Assembly (NCBI RefSeq): GCF_006345805.1
Contig: NC_043003.1
Span: forward strand, 16,058,001 to 16,122,000
Reading direction: 5' to 3'
Source of the DNA: Octopus sinensis
Taxonomy: Eukaryota
DNA length: 64,000 nucleotides
A program made the position numbers and the translations under genes. Each line of letters opens with the position of its first letter. Position 1 is the stretch's first letter. Shown here piece by piece: positions 40,601 through 54,131 of this stretch. The notes below the pieces were generated by a model, which saw only the letters and a program-made list of their open reading frames with translations, ran no database searches and was not told the origin of the DNA.

Positions 40601-42868
40601 TTTCTAACGAGTTCAGTATGCGGCAAAGTAATTTATTTTACTAAGCCCTTTTATATAATGTAATAATTTGAATTTGCCTTAAATGGTCCCTTTGCATACT
40701 GAATACTTGGTGAAATTGATTAATTAATTAATTAATTTTACCCTCAATTGTTGAAATTATAATTCATCTCTCTCTACTTAATTGTCTTGGATTTTACCGA
40801 AAAAAAGCGTAGTGTTTGCTGATTTTAACCCACGCTGGTGGAAAGGGGAGGACAGAAATCTTTCTCTTGCATATTTGAGTTAGCTAGCACTGTTAGTTGG
40901 GAACAGATCTTCAGAAGCGATAACAAGCCGAAAGGGTATGCTCCCATTTTCAGTGTTTTCAAACTCAAACAAGGGCATTCTGAGCTGATGAGAGAAGGGT
41001 CGAATTTGGCTAATCTTGAAACGTACGTACTCAAATAACCTTTGCATTTGATTTTTTAATGTCTCTACCCTCATACTTTCTTGGGTTGAATTGAGCAAGC
41101 ACTATATGAGAGAGGTTTTCTTTAAGTGTTAGAAATAGTTTTTTTAGCTGCTATTTCTAACGAGTTCAGTATGCGGCAAAGTAATTTATTTTACTAAGCC
41201 CTTTTATATAATGTAATAATTTGAATTTGCCTTAAATGGTCCCTTTGCATACTGAATACTTGGTGAAATTGATTAATTATTAATTAATTTTACCCTCAAT
41301 TGTTGAAATTATAATTCATCTCTCTCTACTTAATTGTCTTGGATTTTACCGAAAAAAAGCGTAGTGTTTGCTGATTTTAACCCACGCTGGTGGAAAGGGG
41401 AGAACAGAAATCTTTCTCTTGCATATTTGAGTTAGCTAGCACTGTTAGTTGGGAACAGATCTTCAGAAGCGATAACAAGCCGAAAGGGTATGCTCCCATT
41501 TTCAGTGTTTTCAAACTCAAACAAGGGCATTCTGAGCTGATGAGAGAAGGGTCGAATTTGGCTAATCTTGAAACGTACGTACTCAAATAACCTTTGCATT
41601 TGATTTTTTAATGTCTCTACCCTCATACTTTCTTGGGTTGAATTGAGCAAGCACTATATGAGAGAGGTTTTCTTTAAGTGTTAGAAATAGTTTTTTTAGC
41701 TGCTATTTCTAACGAGTTCAGTATGCGGCAAAGTAATTTATTTTACTAAGCCCTTTTATATAATGTAATAATTTGAATTTGCCTTAAATGGTCCCTTTGC
41801 ATACTGAATACTTGGTGAAATTGATTAATTAATTAATTAATTTACCCTCAATTGTTGAAATTATAATTCATCTCTCTCTACTTAATTGTCTTGGATTTTA
41901 CCGAAAAAAAGCGTAGTGTTTGCTGATTTTAACCCACGCTGGTGGAAAGGGGAGAACAGAAATCTTTCTCTTGCATATTTGAGTTAGCTAGCACTGTTAG
42001 TTGGGAACAGATCTTCAGAAGCGATAACAAGCCGAAAGGGTATGCTCCCATTTTCAGTGTTTTCAAACTCAAACAAGGGCATTCTGAGCTGATGAGAGAA
42101 GGGTCGAATTTGGCTAATCTTGAAACGTACGTACTCAAATAACCTTTGCATTTGATTTTTTAATGTCTCTACCCTCATACTTTCTTGGGTTGAATTGAGC
42201 AAGCACTATATGAGAGAGGTTTTCTTTAAGTGTTAGAAATAGTTTTTTTAGCTGCTATTTCTAACGAGTTCAGTATGCGGCAAAGTAATTTATTTTACTA
42301 AGCCCTTTTATATAATGTAATAATTTGAATTTGCCTTAAATGGTCCCTTTGCATACTGAATACTTGGTGAAATTGATTAATTAATTAATTAATTTACCCT
42401 CAATTGTTGAAATTATAATTCATCTCTCTCTACTTAATTGTCTTGGATTTTACCGAAAAAAAGCGTAGTGTTTGCTGATTTTAACCCACGCTGGTGGAAA
42501 GGGGAGAACAGAAATCTTTCTCTTGCATATTTGAGTTAGCTAGCACTGTTAGTTGGGAACAGATCTTCAGAAGCGATAACAAGCCGAAAGGGTATGCTCC
42601 CATTTTCAGTGTTTTCAAACTCAAACAAGGGCATTCTGAGCTGATGAGAGAAGGGTCGAATTTGGCTAATCTTGAAACGTACGTACTCAAATAACCTTTG
42701 CATTTGATTTTTTAATGTCTCTACCCTCATACTTTCTTGGGTGAATTGAGCAAGCACTATATGAGAGAGGTTTTCTTTAAGTGTTAGAAATAGTTTTTTT
42801 AGCTGCTATTTCTAACGAGTTCAGTATGCGGCAAAGTAATTTATTTTACTAAGCCCTTTTATATAATA

Positions 42869-42927
<59 letters not shown>

Positions 42928-42948
42928 GTATACATGCATATATATATG

Positions 42949-43051
<103 letters not shown>

Positions 43052-43233
43052 GTATGTATTATATCTTCATATATAAGTCATAACTGTACTGTGCCATCGA
43101 CAGTGACGCAGGTGCCTGCGCTCTTGCGATCTAATTTTGTGAAATTGCTGTAGTTTCATCCCCTTCAGCTTTATTACCTATCATATGCCTATATATATAT
43201 ATATATATATATAGACATTGATTTCTCTTTGTG

Positions 43234-43266
<33 letters not shown>

Positions 43267-43575
43267 TAATATATGTATATATTTATGCACATGTATATAT
43301 ACATACATATAGTTACATACGTAGAAATATGTAATGTACATATATTTGTATGTATAAAAGGGTATGTCTGTATTTATGTGTATATATATAAGTGCACTTG
43401 TGTGTGTCTGAATGTGTGTGTTTTTGTGTGCATGTGTGTGTGTGCATGTGTGTGTGTGTGAATGTGTGTGTGTGTGCATGTGTGTGTGTGTGTGTGTCAG
43501 ATTATGTACCTGTGTGACGATTTCTTTTGGCACGTTTGGAGATTGCTCTACCGATTGACATAGTTGAATTTTATT

Positions 43576-43630
<55 letters not shown>

Positions 43631-44252
43631 TAATAGTAATGAAAAAATAATATCAATGAAAAGGAGGAGGAGGAAGAGGAGAATTACGACGACGACGATG
43701 AGGATGATTTAATGAGTGCCCTCTATCCTCTGTGTATCGATAATTTAGCAAAATATACCTTTCGGTGCGTAAACTTCATCAGAACACATAAAATATCATA
43801 AAGAATATTGGTTTTCAATCTCATTTAATGCTTTCGTATTTGTGAAAAATGGAGTGTAATTTGATATGTTATATATCAATATATATTATACTTTTTTAGT
43901 GATGCTTTCAAATATAGTAAGAGAACAGTTTCTTATAGAGGTGTTTGAAAATCAATGGTAAAAAATGAATATTAACGCTATCCCTTCTCCAACACATCAA
44001 ATATAGGCAAAGAAAAAATTGCGAGATTAAATAAAGATAATAAGCGAATACGTACAATAAAGGCGGAAACTTAACGGTTAATCTGAAAACAATAAAAATT
44101 TTGGAAGTTAATATAGGACCATATAATACGTAATTTGTTTTAAAATTTTCTTCTGGCACATTTGACTGGATATAGTACAAAGTTCAAATAGGAAGTACCG
44201 AAGAAAACAGCTTTGAAAATTCGTATTTGAAACTACGTAGAATACATACACA

Positions 44253-44560
44253 CACGTTAAATTTAACTAGTTCTCCGCAGACTGAAAAGATGGTGAACAG
44301 CCTTACCCAATTTTCGGCCCTTATTTGCATCTTTTCAGAGTTGTCCACGTCATTTAACCTATCCTAGAGAAACAAGAAAGTAACCAATTTGTTTATATAT
44401 ATTTGTTTATATTTGTTTATATATACAAACATGTTAAATTTAACTAGTTCTCCGCAGATTGAAAAGATGATGAACAGCCTTACCCGATTTTCGGCTCTTA
44501 TTGACATCTTATCAGAGGTGTCTACGTCATTTGGTTAATTCTAGGGAAACAAGCAGCCAA
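44253..44560. repeat. Diverged direct duplication, period 177 bp
   Basis: gttaaatttaactagttctccgcaga starts at 44256 and 44433. Confidence 0.9.
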
Positions 44561-45361
44561 TCTCTTTATATGGATATAAATCTAGTAGCTCCATAGAGCT
44601 GAAATCACTAATTTGCATACTATAAATGTCTAACTCTTTATTCATTATCTAAGGCTTCTCAACGGGGAACCAATCCTTACCTTGGGAGTTGTTATTCATT
44701 ATTTTTTTTTAATGCAACGAGCTGGCACAACCGTAAGCATGCAGGACGGAATGCTTAGCGGCATTTCGCCCGTCGCTACGTTCTGAGTTCAAATTCCGCC
44801 GGGATTGACTTTGCCTTTCATTCTTTCGGGGTCGATGAATTAAGTACCAGTACTAGGGTCGGTCTAATCGACTGGCCCCCTCCCACCAAAATTTCAGGCC
44901 CTGTGCCTATAGAAGAAAGGATTATTTTTATTTTTAAGTTTATAAAAAATGTTTTCTAGGAAGAGACCTACATACAATTGTCCACGAAACTGTGTTATAT
45001 TTTCTGAAGCATTTGGTTGTGGAGATAATGAAAGGTTCGTGTTGGTGGTACTGAAGCAAACATCCTTGAAAATTATACTGTTTGTTATACATTATATCGA
45101 CTTCTACCTTGAGAGTAGTTATCTCTTATTTCTATCTTTATATGAAGAAAACGTTCTCTAAAAAGAGTGTTACATGCAGCTATTCGAATTTAAAATTAGT
45201 AAATAATACATAAACTAAACACCTCAAAATATTTTCGCTATGGACGTAGGTATGGGTGTGTGGTTAAGAAACTCGCTTCGTAACCACGCTATTTTGGGTT
45301 CAGTTCTACTGTGTGGCACCATAGGAAAGTGTCTTTCACTATATCCCTTATCTATCTAAAC

Positions 45362-45606
45362 CAGTGGTTCTCAATCGAGATCCATATGGTCCTTGAGGGT
45401 CCATATATAATTTTCTTGTTAAAATTTATATTCAATAAAATCGGTTATACTTCTGCAATACATAAAACATTTCAATATTTCTATACCATTAACCAATAAT
45501 ATCCAATCATAAAAATATAAGAAGATTTCTTTAAGCATCCACTGGTTATGAGGGCCCACATGAGCAAACTAGGAATCAAAGGGTGAAGAATTATCGAGAA
45601 TAACTG
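45362..45606. mobile_element. hAT-like MITE (tentative)
   Basis: cagtggttctcaa ... tcgagaataactg imperfect TIRs; TSD weak. Confidence 0.45.
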
Positions 45607-45936
45607 ACCTAGTGTAAGATTTACAGTAATCCCTCGCCATATCGCGGTTCACCTATCGCGGTTTATTATTTAAGCTTACGTCGATTCCTCAAACTTATCA
45701 CTAATTTGGGTGATGGTAAGTCACATTGGTGGACCTGTTTGAAACTCCCTCCTAAACGGTCTTCGTACTTCAACTGCGTTTTCACACTTTCAGTAGCATT
45801 TTAGAATGGATTTCCTTTGTTCAAAGTTTCGTCTATCTGCCATCATTAATTCCACTGAGTTTCATCCAGAAAGAAGAAACATCAATTGAGTTATCAACTG
45901 CTAAAGTGTGTATATATTTTTGGAACACCCTGTATG

Positions 45937-45971
<35 letters not shown>

Positions 45972-45974
<3 letters not shown>

Positions 45975-46376
45975 CACAGGAGTGGCTGTGTGATAAGTAG
46001 CTTGTCTACCAACCACATGGTTCCAGGTTCAGTCCCACTGCGTGGCATCTTGGGCAAGTGTCTTCTACTATAGCCTCGGACCGACCAAAGCCGTGTGAGT
46101 GGATTTGGTAGACGGAAACTGAAAGAAGCCCGTCGTATATATGTATATATATATGCGGGTGTGTGTTTGTGTGTCTGTGTTTGTCCCCTAGCATTGCTTG
46201 ACAACCGATGCTGGTGTGTTTATGTCCCCGTTACTTAGCGGTTCGGCAAAAGAGACCGATAGAATAAGTACCGGGCTTACAAAAGAATAAGTCCCTGGGT
46301 CGAGTTGCTCGATTAAAGGTGGTGCTCCAGCATGGCCGCAGTCAAATGATTGAAACAAGTAAAAGAGTAAAAGAGT
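45972..46376 (+). mobile_element. SINE family A copy
   Basis: Homologous to 20808-21198. Confidence 0.9.
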
Positions 46377-48544
46377 ATATATATATTCATATATGTGTGT
46401 GTGTGTGTGTACTTATATGCACACAAATGTATATATATATTGTGTGTGTGTGCGTGTTCAAATACTTTTAGAATACACCCAGGATGAAATAAAAAATTCT
46501 TGGCTTATACGTATATCCGATATCGCCAATGACAATACCTGCATAGTTATTGCTCGGAATATTTTTAAGTACCCCATAAAGTTACAGTTTCTTTTTAATA
46601 AATTTTACATGAATAAAACTAAATAGTAAATATTTATAAAATTTAGATAATAAATTTAAATTAAGTGATAAAATATTAAATCTTTAAAAATCTATAAATT
46701 TCAATATTAAACCGATTTAAATATTCCTTTGTTTTGCTATCTTTTCATAAGAATCGCCATTTTGTAAGAAATATTATATCATTATATCAGTCAAAAACCT
46801 AAGGCAAGAAAATCGAAATATATTACTGTGATAAAAACAATTGAGTAAAGTAATTGCATACGTGTATGTGTATGTATGCATTTCTATATATGTTTGTGTA
46901 TGTGTGTGTATCTATGCAGATATATATTCATCTATGTGTGTGTATGTGTGTATGTATACGCGGATGTATGTGCATGCACACATATATTATATGTGTGTGT
47001 TTGTGTTTAAGCATATATTTGTGTGTTCTTTGTATGTGTGCGTGCATTTGAAAATAAATTCGTATCTAAAAAATGTCATATTGCTAGGGAAGAAGCCAGG
47101 CGTCTGGTATACTTAAGAACTAGTGGGGCATAAGAAAGAGACGTTAGGTGTTTCGGATTCACACACTGCCTTGAAGGCTTCTAGCGCAACAAATCGACTT
47201 CAGTACTTATGGGGGCGGGAGAGGGTTATGTCTGGTACTTTTTGTATCGGCCTATTTTTCTGAAGCCCTATATTACGGGGACGTAAACATACCAGCACCG
47301 GTTGTCAGGTGGTATGAGTGGAACAAACAGAGACACACTCGCACCTGTATATATATATATATATTGTTTTTTTCTCTTTCCCTCTCCGCTTTTGTTTCCC
47401 CTCTCTTCCTTTCTCTAATTCTTTTCCTCTTCCCTTCACCGTCATCTATTTGTCCCTCTCTCCTCCTCATTCTTCCTCCTTTACTCTCTCGTTGCTCACA
47501 CGTGACCATCGCTCATCTTTCTTTTCCGAACTTGAGTTTCTTTCCTTTCGATCAGCTACAGAGATCGGACGCATTCTTGTCTGTCTCCTGTAAAAGTTTG
47601 TTCCTCCAGCGTTCGCCACCGCACCTCGTTATGGCTTAGCAACCCTTACTGTTTGTCCTGTTTTTGTTTCCAACTTTGACCTTCCACAAATCCCAAATTT
47701 TGTTTAATTTGCTTTGCGGTAGCAACTGTTTTGTCGAAGGCGCATCTTGTAATTCCTCGAAATGTAGTGTATATAAAACAGCCGACAACTGAGGAAGGGG
47801 CGTTCTTTATGTTACTTGTTTTGCTTTCCAATTGCTTCTTTCGTTGTTCGCAAAAAAGTTTGTATTTCATGTTTTCGTAAATCATGTTTACGTTCTGTGA
47901 CTTCCTGTACCCATATATGCATATGTATATACATGTATATGTAAGTATGTACATATATGTATGTATATATGCATATATATATATTATTTATATAAGTATA
48001 TATATATGTGTGTGCAAACATAAGATATATATGTAAATATAAGGGGGGTATGTGTATTTATGTTAGTCTATATATATGTATATACATACATATATACATA
48101 CATACATATATATGTACATATTTGTCATATCTGTTTGTGAGTGTTTGTGTCTGTATACTTATGTGTATGTACAAATATCTACCGCAAGAGAGAGAGAGAG
48201 AGAAAGAGAAAAAAGGGAGGTCAGAGCGAATAGAAAGAAAGAGATAGAAAAAATGGCAGAAGAGAAATTAAGAAAACTCGACGGCATCTTTGTTATTGCC
48301 ATTTGCAATCAAAACATCTGCAAATTCGCTTCGGGTGCGGGAAGGAAAGTTATATTAGTCTCCCATAAGACATGGAAAAACCCTAATTTGGCGGTCATAA
48401 AATTGGTTCACTAAGGTTAGTTTAAGTCCGGTTTCGTTTTGTTGTGTTAATTACTCCAAATTTTATTTTCCTTTCATCGGCCATTTTCGTATTGTTTTCA
48501 GTCTCACATGCAATCAACAGAACACACAGGAACGGCTGTTTGTT

Positions 48545-49015
<471 letters not shown>

Positions 49016-49292
49016 ATGTTGCTGTTGTTACAGCTAGTGTGTGGTAGCAGAGTTTACTGTGGTGTAGCTAGAATTGGAAACGCATTCATATCTTTAGATT
49101 ATTACACGAAACTTCTGGAAAATTATCGTGAACTGAAGTAATAATCACCTTCTTGCTCTCTTCTCTGATAACAATCATAACCGGTTTTAGTGCAATAATC
49201 ACCAAACGAAACCATAGTATACGAACGTACACTTAACGCACACTTTCACACTCACGACTACATACACAAATGCTCACTCACAAAATCATGTA

Positions 49293-49330
<38 letters not shown>

Positions 49331-50175
49331 CAGAAGCACACACACGCACACACACACATATATATTACAAACTCTATATATATATATACTTTAAATAGAC
49401 CCAGTAGAAAGCATGGCCGCAGTCTAATGATTGAAACATGTAAAAGATAAAAGATATGTGCATATGCATACATATATATAATACATATATAATATATATA
49501 TATATATTATATATATATATATATATACATGCATACATATACATGCGTGCATATATATATGCACATATATATATATATATATATACAATATGTATGCATT
49601 TATGTATGTATGTATGTATGTAGTATGTATGTATGTATGTATGTATGTATGTATGTATGTATGTATGTATGTATGTATGTATGTGTGTGTACGTATATCA
49701 GCGAACCAAACAGGCACGTTTATTATAGCTAATATGGTCAATAACTTCCATAATTTGTGGCTGTATTTGCTTTTATTTCCTTAAAGGGGCAGTGTTTGTT
49801 TGACGTTTTGAACGTTGCTGTCATTATTGTTACTGGTCTTATTGTTGTTGTTGTTCTTCTTGCTATTGTCGTTGTTAATCCTAGTAGTCGTGGTCGCCAT
49901 AGGAAAGGCAGTAACGTGATAGCAAAATCTTGGTTTCTTTTCACCACAGAAGAGACCATTGATCTTAATTTTTAACGTCGTATTTTTGGCGAATCACTCG
50001 AAGCTGTTTAACAGAACACAAAAACAAACCTTTTTTTTTTCGCTCTGCTAAAAACATCAGTCAAGTCTGCCTCAATATTTGCAAATAAGCAAATAAATGC
50101 ATGAATACATAATTACAAAATGGCTGGCATGATACACTATCTAAAATAATCCTACACATGCACATATGCGAATAT

Positions 50176-50591
50176 ACTCTTTTAGTATTTTACTTGTTTC
50201 AGTCATTTGACTGCGACCATGCTGGAGCACCGCCTTTAGTCGAGCAAGTCGATCACAGGCCTTATTCTTTGTAAGCCTTGTACTTATTCTATCGGTTTCT
50301 TTTGCCGAACCGCTAAGTTACGGGGACATAAACACACCAGCATCGGTTGTCAAGCGATGGGGGTAGGGGTCAAACAGACACACAAACATATACACACACA
50401 TACATATAAATATATATATATATATACGACGGACTTCTTTCAGTTTCCGTCTACCAAATCCACTCACAAGGCCCTTGGTCGGCCCGAGGCTAGAGTAGAA
50501 GACACTTGCCCAAGATGCCACGCAGTGGGACTGAACCTAGAACCATGTGATTGGTAAGCAAGCTACTTACCACACAGCCACTCCAACGCCT
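50176..50591 (-). mobile_element. SINE family A copy
   Basis: Homologous to 20808-21198. Confidence 0.9.
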
Positions 50592-50716
50592 ATATATATA
50601 TATGTGTGCGTGTGTGTGTATACATGTATATATATGTGTGTTCATATATATATATACACATACATACATGGATTTATATACAGGAAAATGAATTGATATA
50701 TATAAAAATATATATA

Positions 50717-51142
50717 TAATTAGGGTACTAAGATGCACACTAAAAACAGGAGTCATAAAAACTGCGAAGCCACAAGAATTATCATTAAACTTTTACAGGC
50801 ATGAAGGGAAAAACTAAGTGAATAGGAATTGTGTATCACCTCTGCAGAATTGCAAAAGGATCGGCAGTTAACCTGGTATCATGATTTCGGATTTAGCGCC
50901 AAAAAGCACTTGATACTCTTCAGCCAGATCTACTCGAAACAATACTGGTAGTTCACTTCACAATTCCTGTGTTCTTTTGAGGGCCCCAGCCACATTGAAA
51001 AAACGAACTAAGTGAATTATTTATAAATATATAAAGAACATTATTATTCATAAGAAATGATAATATTATTGACCGCAAGCTTAAAAACATTTTTTATGCA
51101 TCCCATTTTGAGCAAATCTGGTGCTTCTTAGTACCCTAATTA
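50717..51142. mobile_element. TA-embedded non-autonomous element with 22-bp terminal inverted repeats carrying an HHR (PLE-derived candidate)
   Basis: taattagggtactaagatgcac (50717-50738) vs gtgcttcttagtaccctaatta (51121-51142), with an internal HHR and (TA)n on the left flank. Confidence 0.65.
50870..50930 (-). ncRNA. Type I hammerhead ribozyme (second family, intact core)
   Basis: Minus strand reads GATCTGG-CTGAAGA-G...AGTGC/GCGCT...C-GAAA-TCATGA-TA-CCAGGTT. Stem I is 7 bp, G10.1-C11.1 is present, stem III is the palindrome ATCATGAT, and the cleavage triplet is AUA. Confidence 0.82.
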
Positions 51143-51252
51143 CATAAATATTTATATATATTTCTTAATTTGCCTATACGGTTTTTACGCTTGCGGCCAC
51201 TAATATTATTATTTCTTATGAATAATATATATATATATATAATATATATATA

Positions 51253-51311
<59 letters not shown>

Positions 51312-51642
51312 ACGGAAGATGGAATATACGAGAATATATTATTAATCACAACAATTGTTTCGACACATCCAGCATCGACTCCTCTTGTGGGACACACAGA
51401 AACTGGTACAGGAGCATCCGGCGGTGTGGGCGTATTTCGTCGGGTGATAAATAAATAAAAAAAATCTCGTTAAAATGACTGTTCCGTAACGCAAATCTTC
51501 GTTTTGCTGAGAGAAAAACAGCCAGACGGAGGAAAATTCTTCATATATATAGAAGATCCAAAAATAAAATTGCAGAAAACAAAGTGAGAAACGAACACTT
51601 AATCCAGCGAGAAGAGTATTCAAAATAACCGTTAACCGATAT

Positions 51643-51691
<49 letters not shown>

Positions 51692-51879
51692 GAGAGAGAG
51701 ATATATATACATACATATATGCATACAAAATATAATATATGTACGTATATATATATAATCGAATAATAACATACGATGGATAATTGTCAGCTCATTACAT
51801 CTGTTTCTTAAGTAACTTTTTAATAGAAGAATGAGAACATTACTCCCTTATAAAAGACCGTTATCATTTGATGAGAAGT

Positions 51880-52982
51880 AATTTCACAAAGAAAAGAATA
51901 TCCTAAGAATACAGCAGGGATGGGGCTGGAGTCTATCGAGGCCAACTATGAAATGGGAGGAATGACCAACTATGTTAGCTGTTGAGGTTAAGAATATAAT
52001 GTGTAATTGATGTATAAGGTCAGTGACCCGGGTGAGAAGAAGTCTGCTAGACTGGTTCATAGTTAGACTGTTGTGGGTGTAGGTTATGCTGTATTATAGT
52101 AGGCTTAGAGCAATGGGAAGTAAGGAGAGGTCATAAAATAAATTCACGATAAAGGAAGAATGAAATGATTAATAAATCAAAAGTAAGTGTGAAGAAACAA
52201 TAAAAGCGTACAAGCCAGTTAAGCGCAGGGTCGGGGTATAGAAAATCTAGCTAATGCTAAGTGACCAAGGGAGGGTGACAGAGATACGCAGAATTTAGGG
52301 CTATTCAGTGGATATTGGTTTAAAGTTGGAGGAGGGTTTGAAGGCAATCAAATAGTAAGATCGAACTTTATGGAATGGAAGTTTTAGTAAAAGCAGAGTG
52401 CCACGTATCAATAAGGAGGTCCAAGAAGGATGGGGTTATATAATGAACTACACTTAGTACGGATTTAGAGGAAATAGCAGATTGGATATCAAGGAAAGCC
52501 AGCGGTGGGGAGAAATATAATGATTAACAACATGGGATGTTAAACGGGTAGCGATGATATTAATTAACTGGATGGTGTAATCACCTTTGTGTGAATCAGG
52601 TAAAGCAACTTCAGGCAATAGTCACGGGTAAGAGGTTTGGATAGTGTTTTTTATCGACTATTTAACAAGAGCTGCTAAAAAGCTGTATCTTAGTGTAAGG
52701 GTTACATACCCTGAAGAAATGGAAAAGAACTGGCTAGGGTGTGTAGGCTGCTACTTGAGATTAAGTATCACTGTCATTGCTATTGCATAATACCGGGAAC
52801 ACTACAGTTGGAATAGTTAGTTCTATAAATATAAGATACCGTGCAAGTATAGTAAGAGCAGTTAAAATGTACTGGTAAAGGGAAAACAAGATTAAGAGCA
52901 CTCAGAAACAAAAGAGTAGATCGATCGACCAAAGGATCTGTGAAAGAGGGAGTAAATTAGATTGGACCTAGGTTGGGGGCTA
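51880..52982 (-). mobile_element. Probable 3' non-coding part of the Penelope-like element
   Basis: Contiguous with the endonuclease stop codon; microsatellite-free and strongly G/A-biased on the + strand; no ORF. The assignment rests on adjacency only. Confidence 0.4.
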
Positions 52983-53620
52983 TTATAGGGGCTGTTTAAT
53001 GGCCTTAAAGTATTTAAACGTGCGGGTAACCTTATGTACTCAGGAAAGACGAAGGTCTAGTTTATTATTTAGTAGATTTTCACTGTTAGATCTTAAAATT
53101 TCAAACAGCTCTATGCAGCAAAGTCTGCACCCTTATCTACTGTTTAAGTACGGTTAGTGACCCTAATGATGTTCCAGCTGAAACCGAATTTAACATTGTC
53201 GTCCTTGAGCTCCCAAATCTTCGGGGCTAGAAACGTCCCACCGACCCTGTATCTTAATTTGAAAGATGAATAGTGGCTGCGTTACAGCCTCTTGTGATTT
53301 ACGGAGCAGCCGATAAAAGTATAGTATTGGTCTCCGTTACATCACATTTATAAACCACATTTACTGCTAAACATCGACTAGAAAGCGGACAATATGTTTT
53401 ATCTAAACAATTGCGCCCAATATTTTCTATGTTACACATACGTGGTCCAACGTTATTATTGTGTAATAGTTCAAGCTCGAGAGAGCTACTGGTGTTTTCA
53501 CGGTAGTTACTGGGGTTTATATTACTATGGTCAATACTATTATGAAGATAATTAGTTGCCGAGTCCTGGGTCGGAGACTGTTGGTACTGAGCGTTGATGT
53601 AAGAGACACTAGAAGCTCGA
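52983..53620 (-). pseudogene. Penelope-like element (Neptune-type) GIY-YIG endonuclease remnant with frameshifts/stops
   Basis: Minus-strand translation across frames: RMCN..CLDKTYCPLSSRCLAVNVVYKCDV / YYTFIGCS..HKRL*RSHYSSFK..KIWELKDDNV.F.FSWNIIR / CRLCCIELFEILRSNSENLLNNK. This shows a Cys-rich linker, VVY..FIG, R-x3-H, CxxC and an LLN motif typical of PLE endonucleases. Confidence 0.85.
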
Positions 53621-53635
53621 GGGTGGGTGGTAAGG

Positions 53636-54131
53636 CTGAAAGGCAAAGTCGACTTCGGCAGAATTTCAATTCAGAACGTAAAAACAGACGAAATACCTAT
53701 TTCTTTACTACCCATAAGGGGGCTAAACACAGAGAGGACAAACAAGGACAGACAAACGGATCAAGTCGATTATATCGACCCCAGTGCGTAACTGGTACTT
53801 ATTTAATCGACCCCGAAAGGATGAAAGGCAATGTCGACCTCGGCGGAATTTGAACTCAGAACGTAACGGCAGACGAAATACCGCTTAGCATTTCGTGCAG
53901 CAGGCTAACGATTCTCTTTTCTACACTAGGCACAAGGCCCGAAATTTTTGGAGAGGTGAGGGCAGTTGATTAGATCGACCCCATTATGCAACTGGTACTT
54001 ATTTAATCGACCCCGAAAGGATGAAAGGCAAAGTCGACCTCGGCGGAATTTGAACTCAGAACGTAACGGCAGACGAAATACGGCTACGCATTTCGCCCGG
54101 CGTGCTATAGTTTCTGCCAGCTCGTCGCCTT
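53636..54131 (-). mobile_element. SINE family B multimer
   Basis: Same repeated units. Further copies: 10845-11060(+), 16232-16393(+), 44711-44920(+), 61606-62086(+), 63550-63650(+). Confidence 0.88.

Noticed and set aside
30496-42757. Repeated 66-101 aa ORFs (MLNSTQES..., MSTYVSRL..., MERGEQK...) in the array
   Set aside because: Short, overlapping on both strands, frame varies with single-base indels, and no recognisable domain; these are by-products of the repeat.
47495-47910. Promoter-like motifs (CACGTGAC, TATAAAA, CTTCCTG) and a 102-aa minus ORF
   Set aside because: Short motifs are expected by chance, and no associated gene or protein similarity was recognised.
49155-49235. CTGATAA...GAAACCATAGTA as an HHR
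   Set aside because: C3/A8 mismatch and no stem I pairing.
52705-52745. CTGAAGA..GAAA on the + strand near the PLE remnant
   Set aside because: No stem II, mismatched stem III, and antisense to the PLE.
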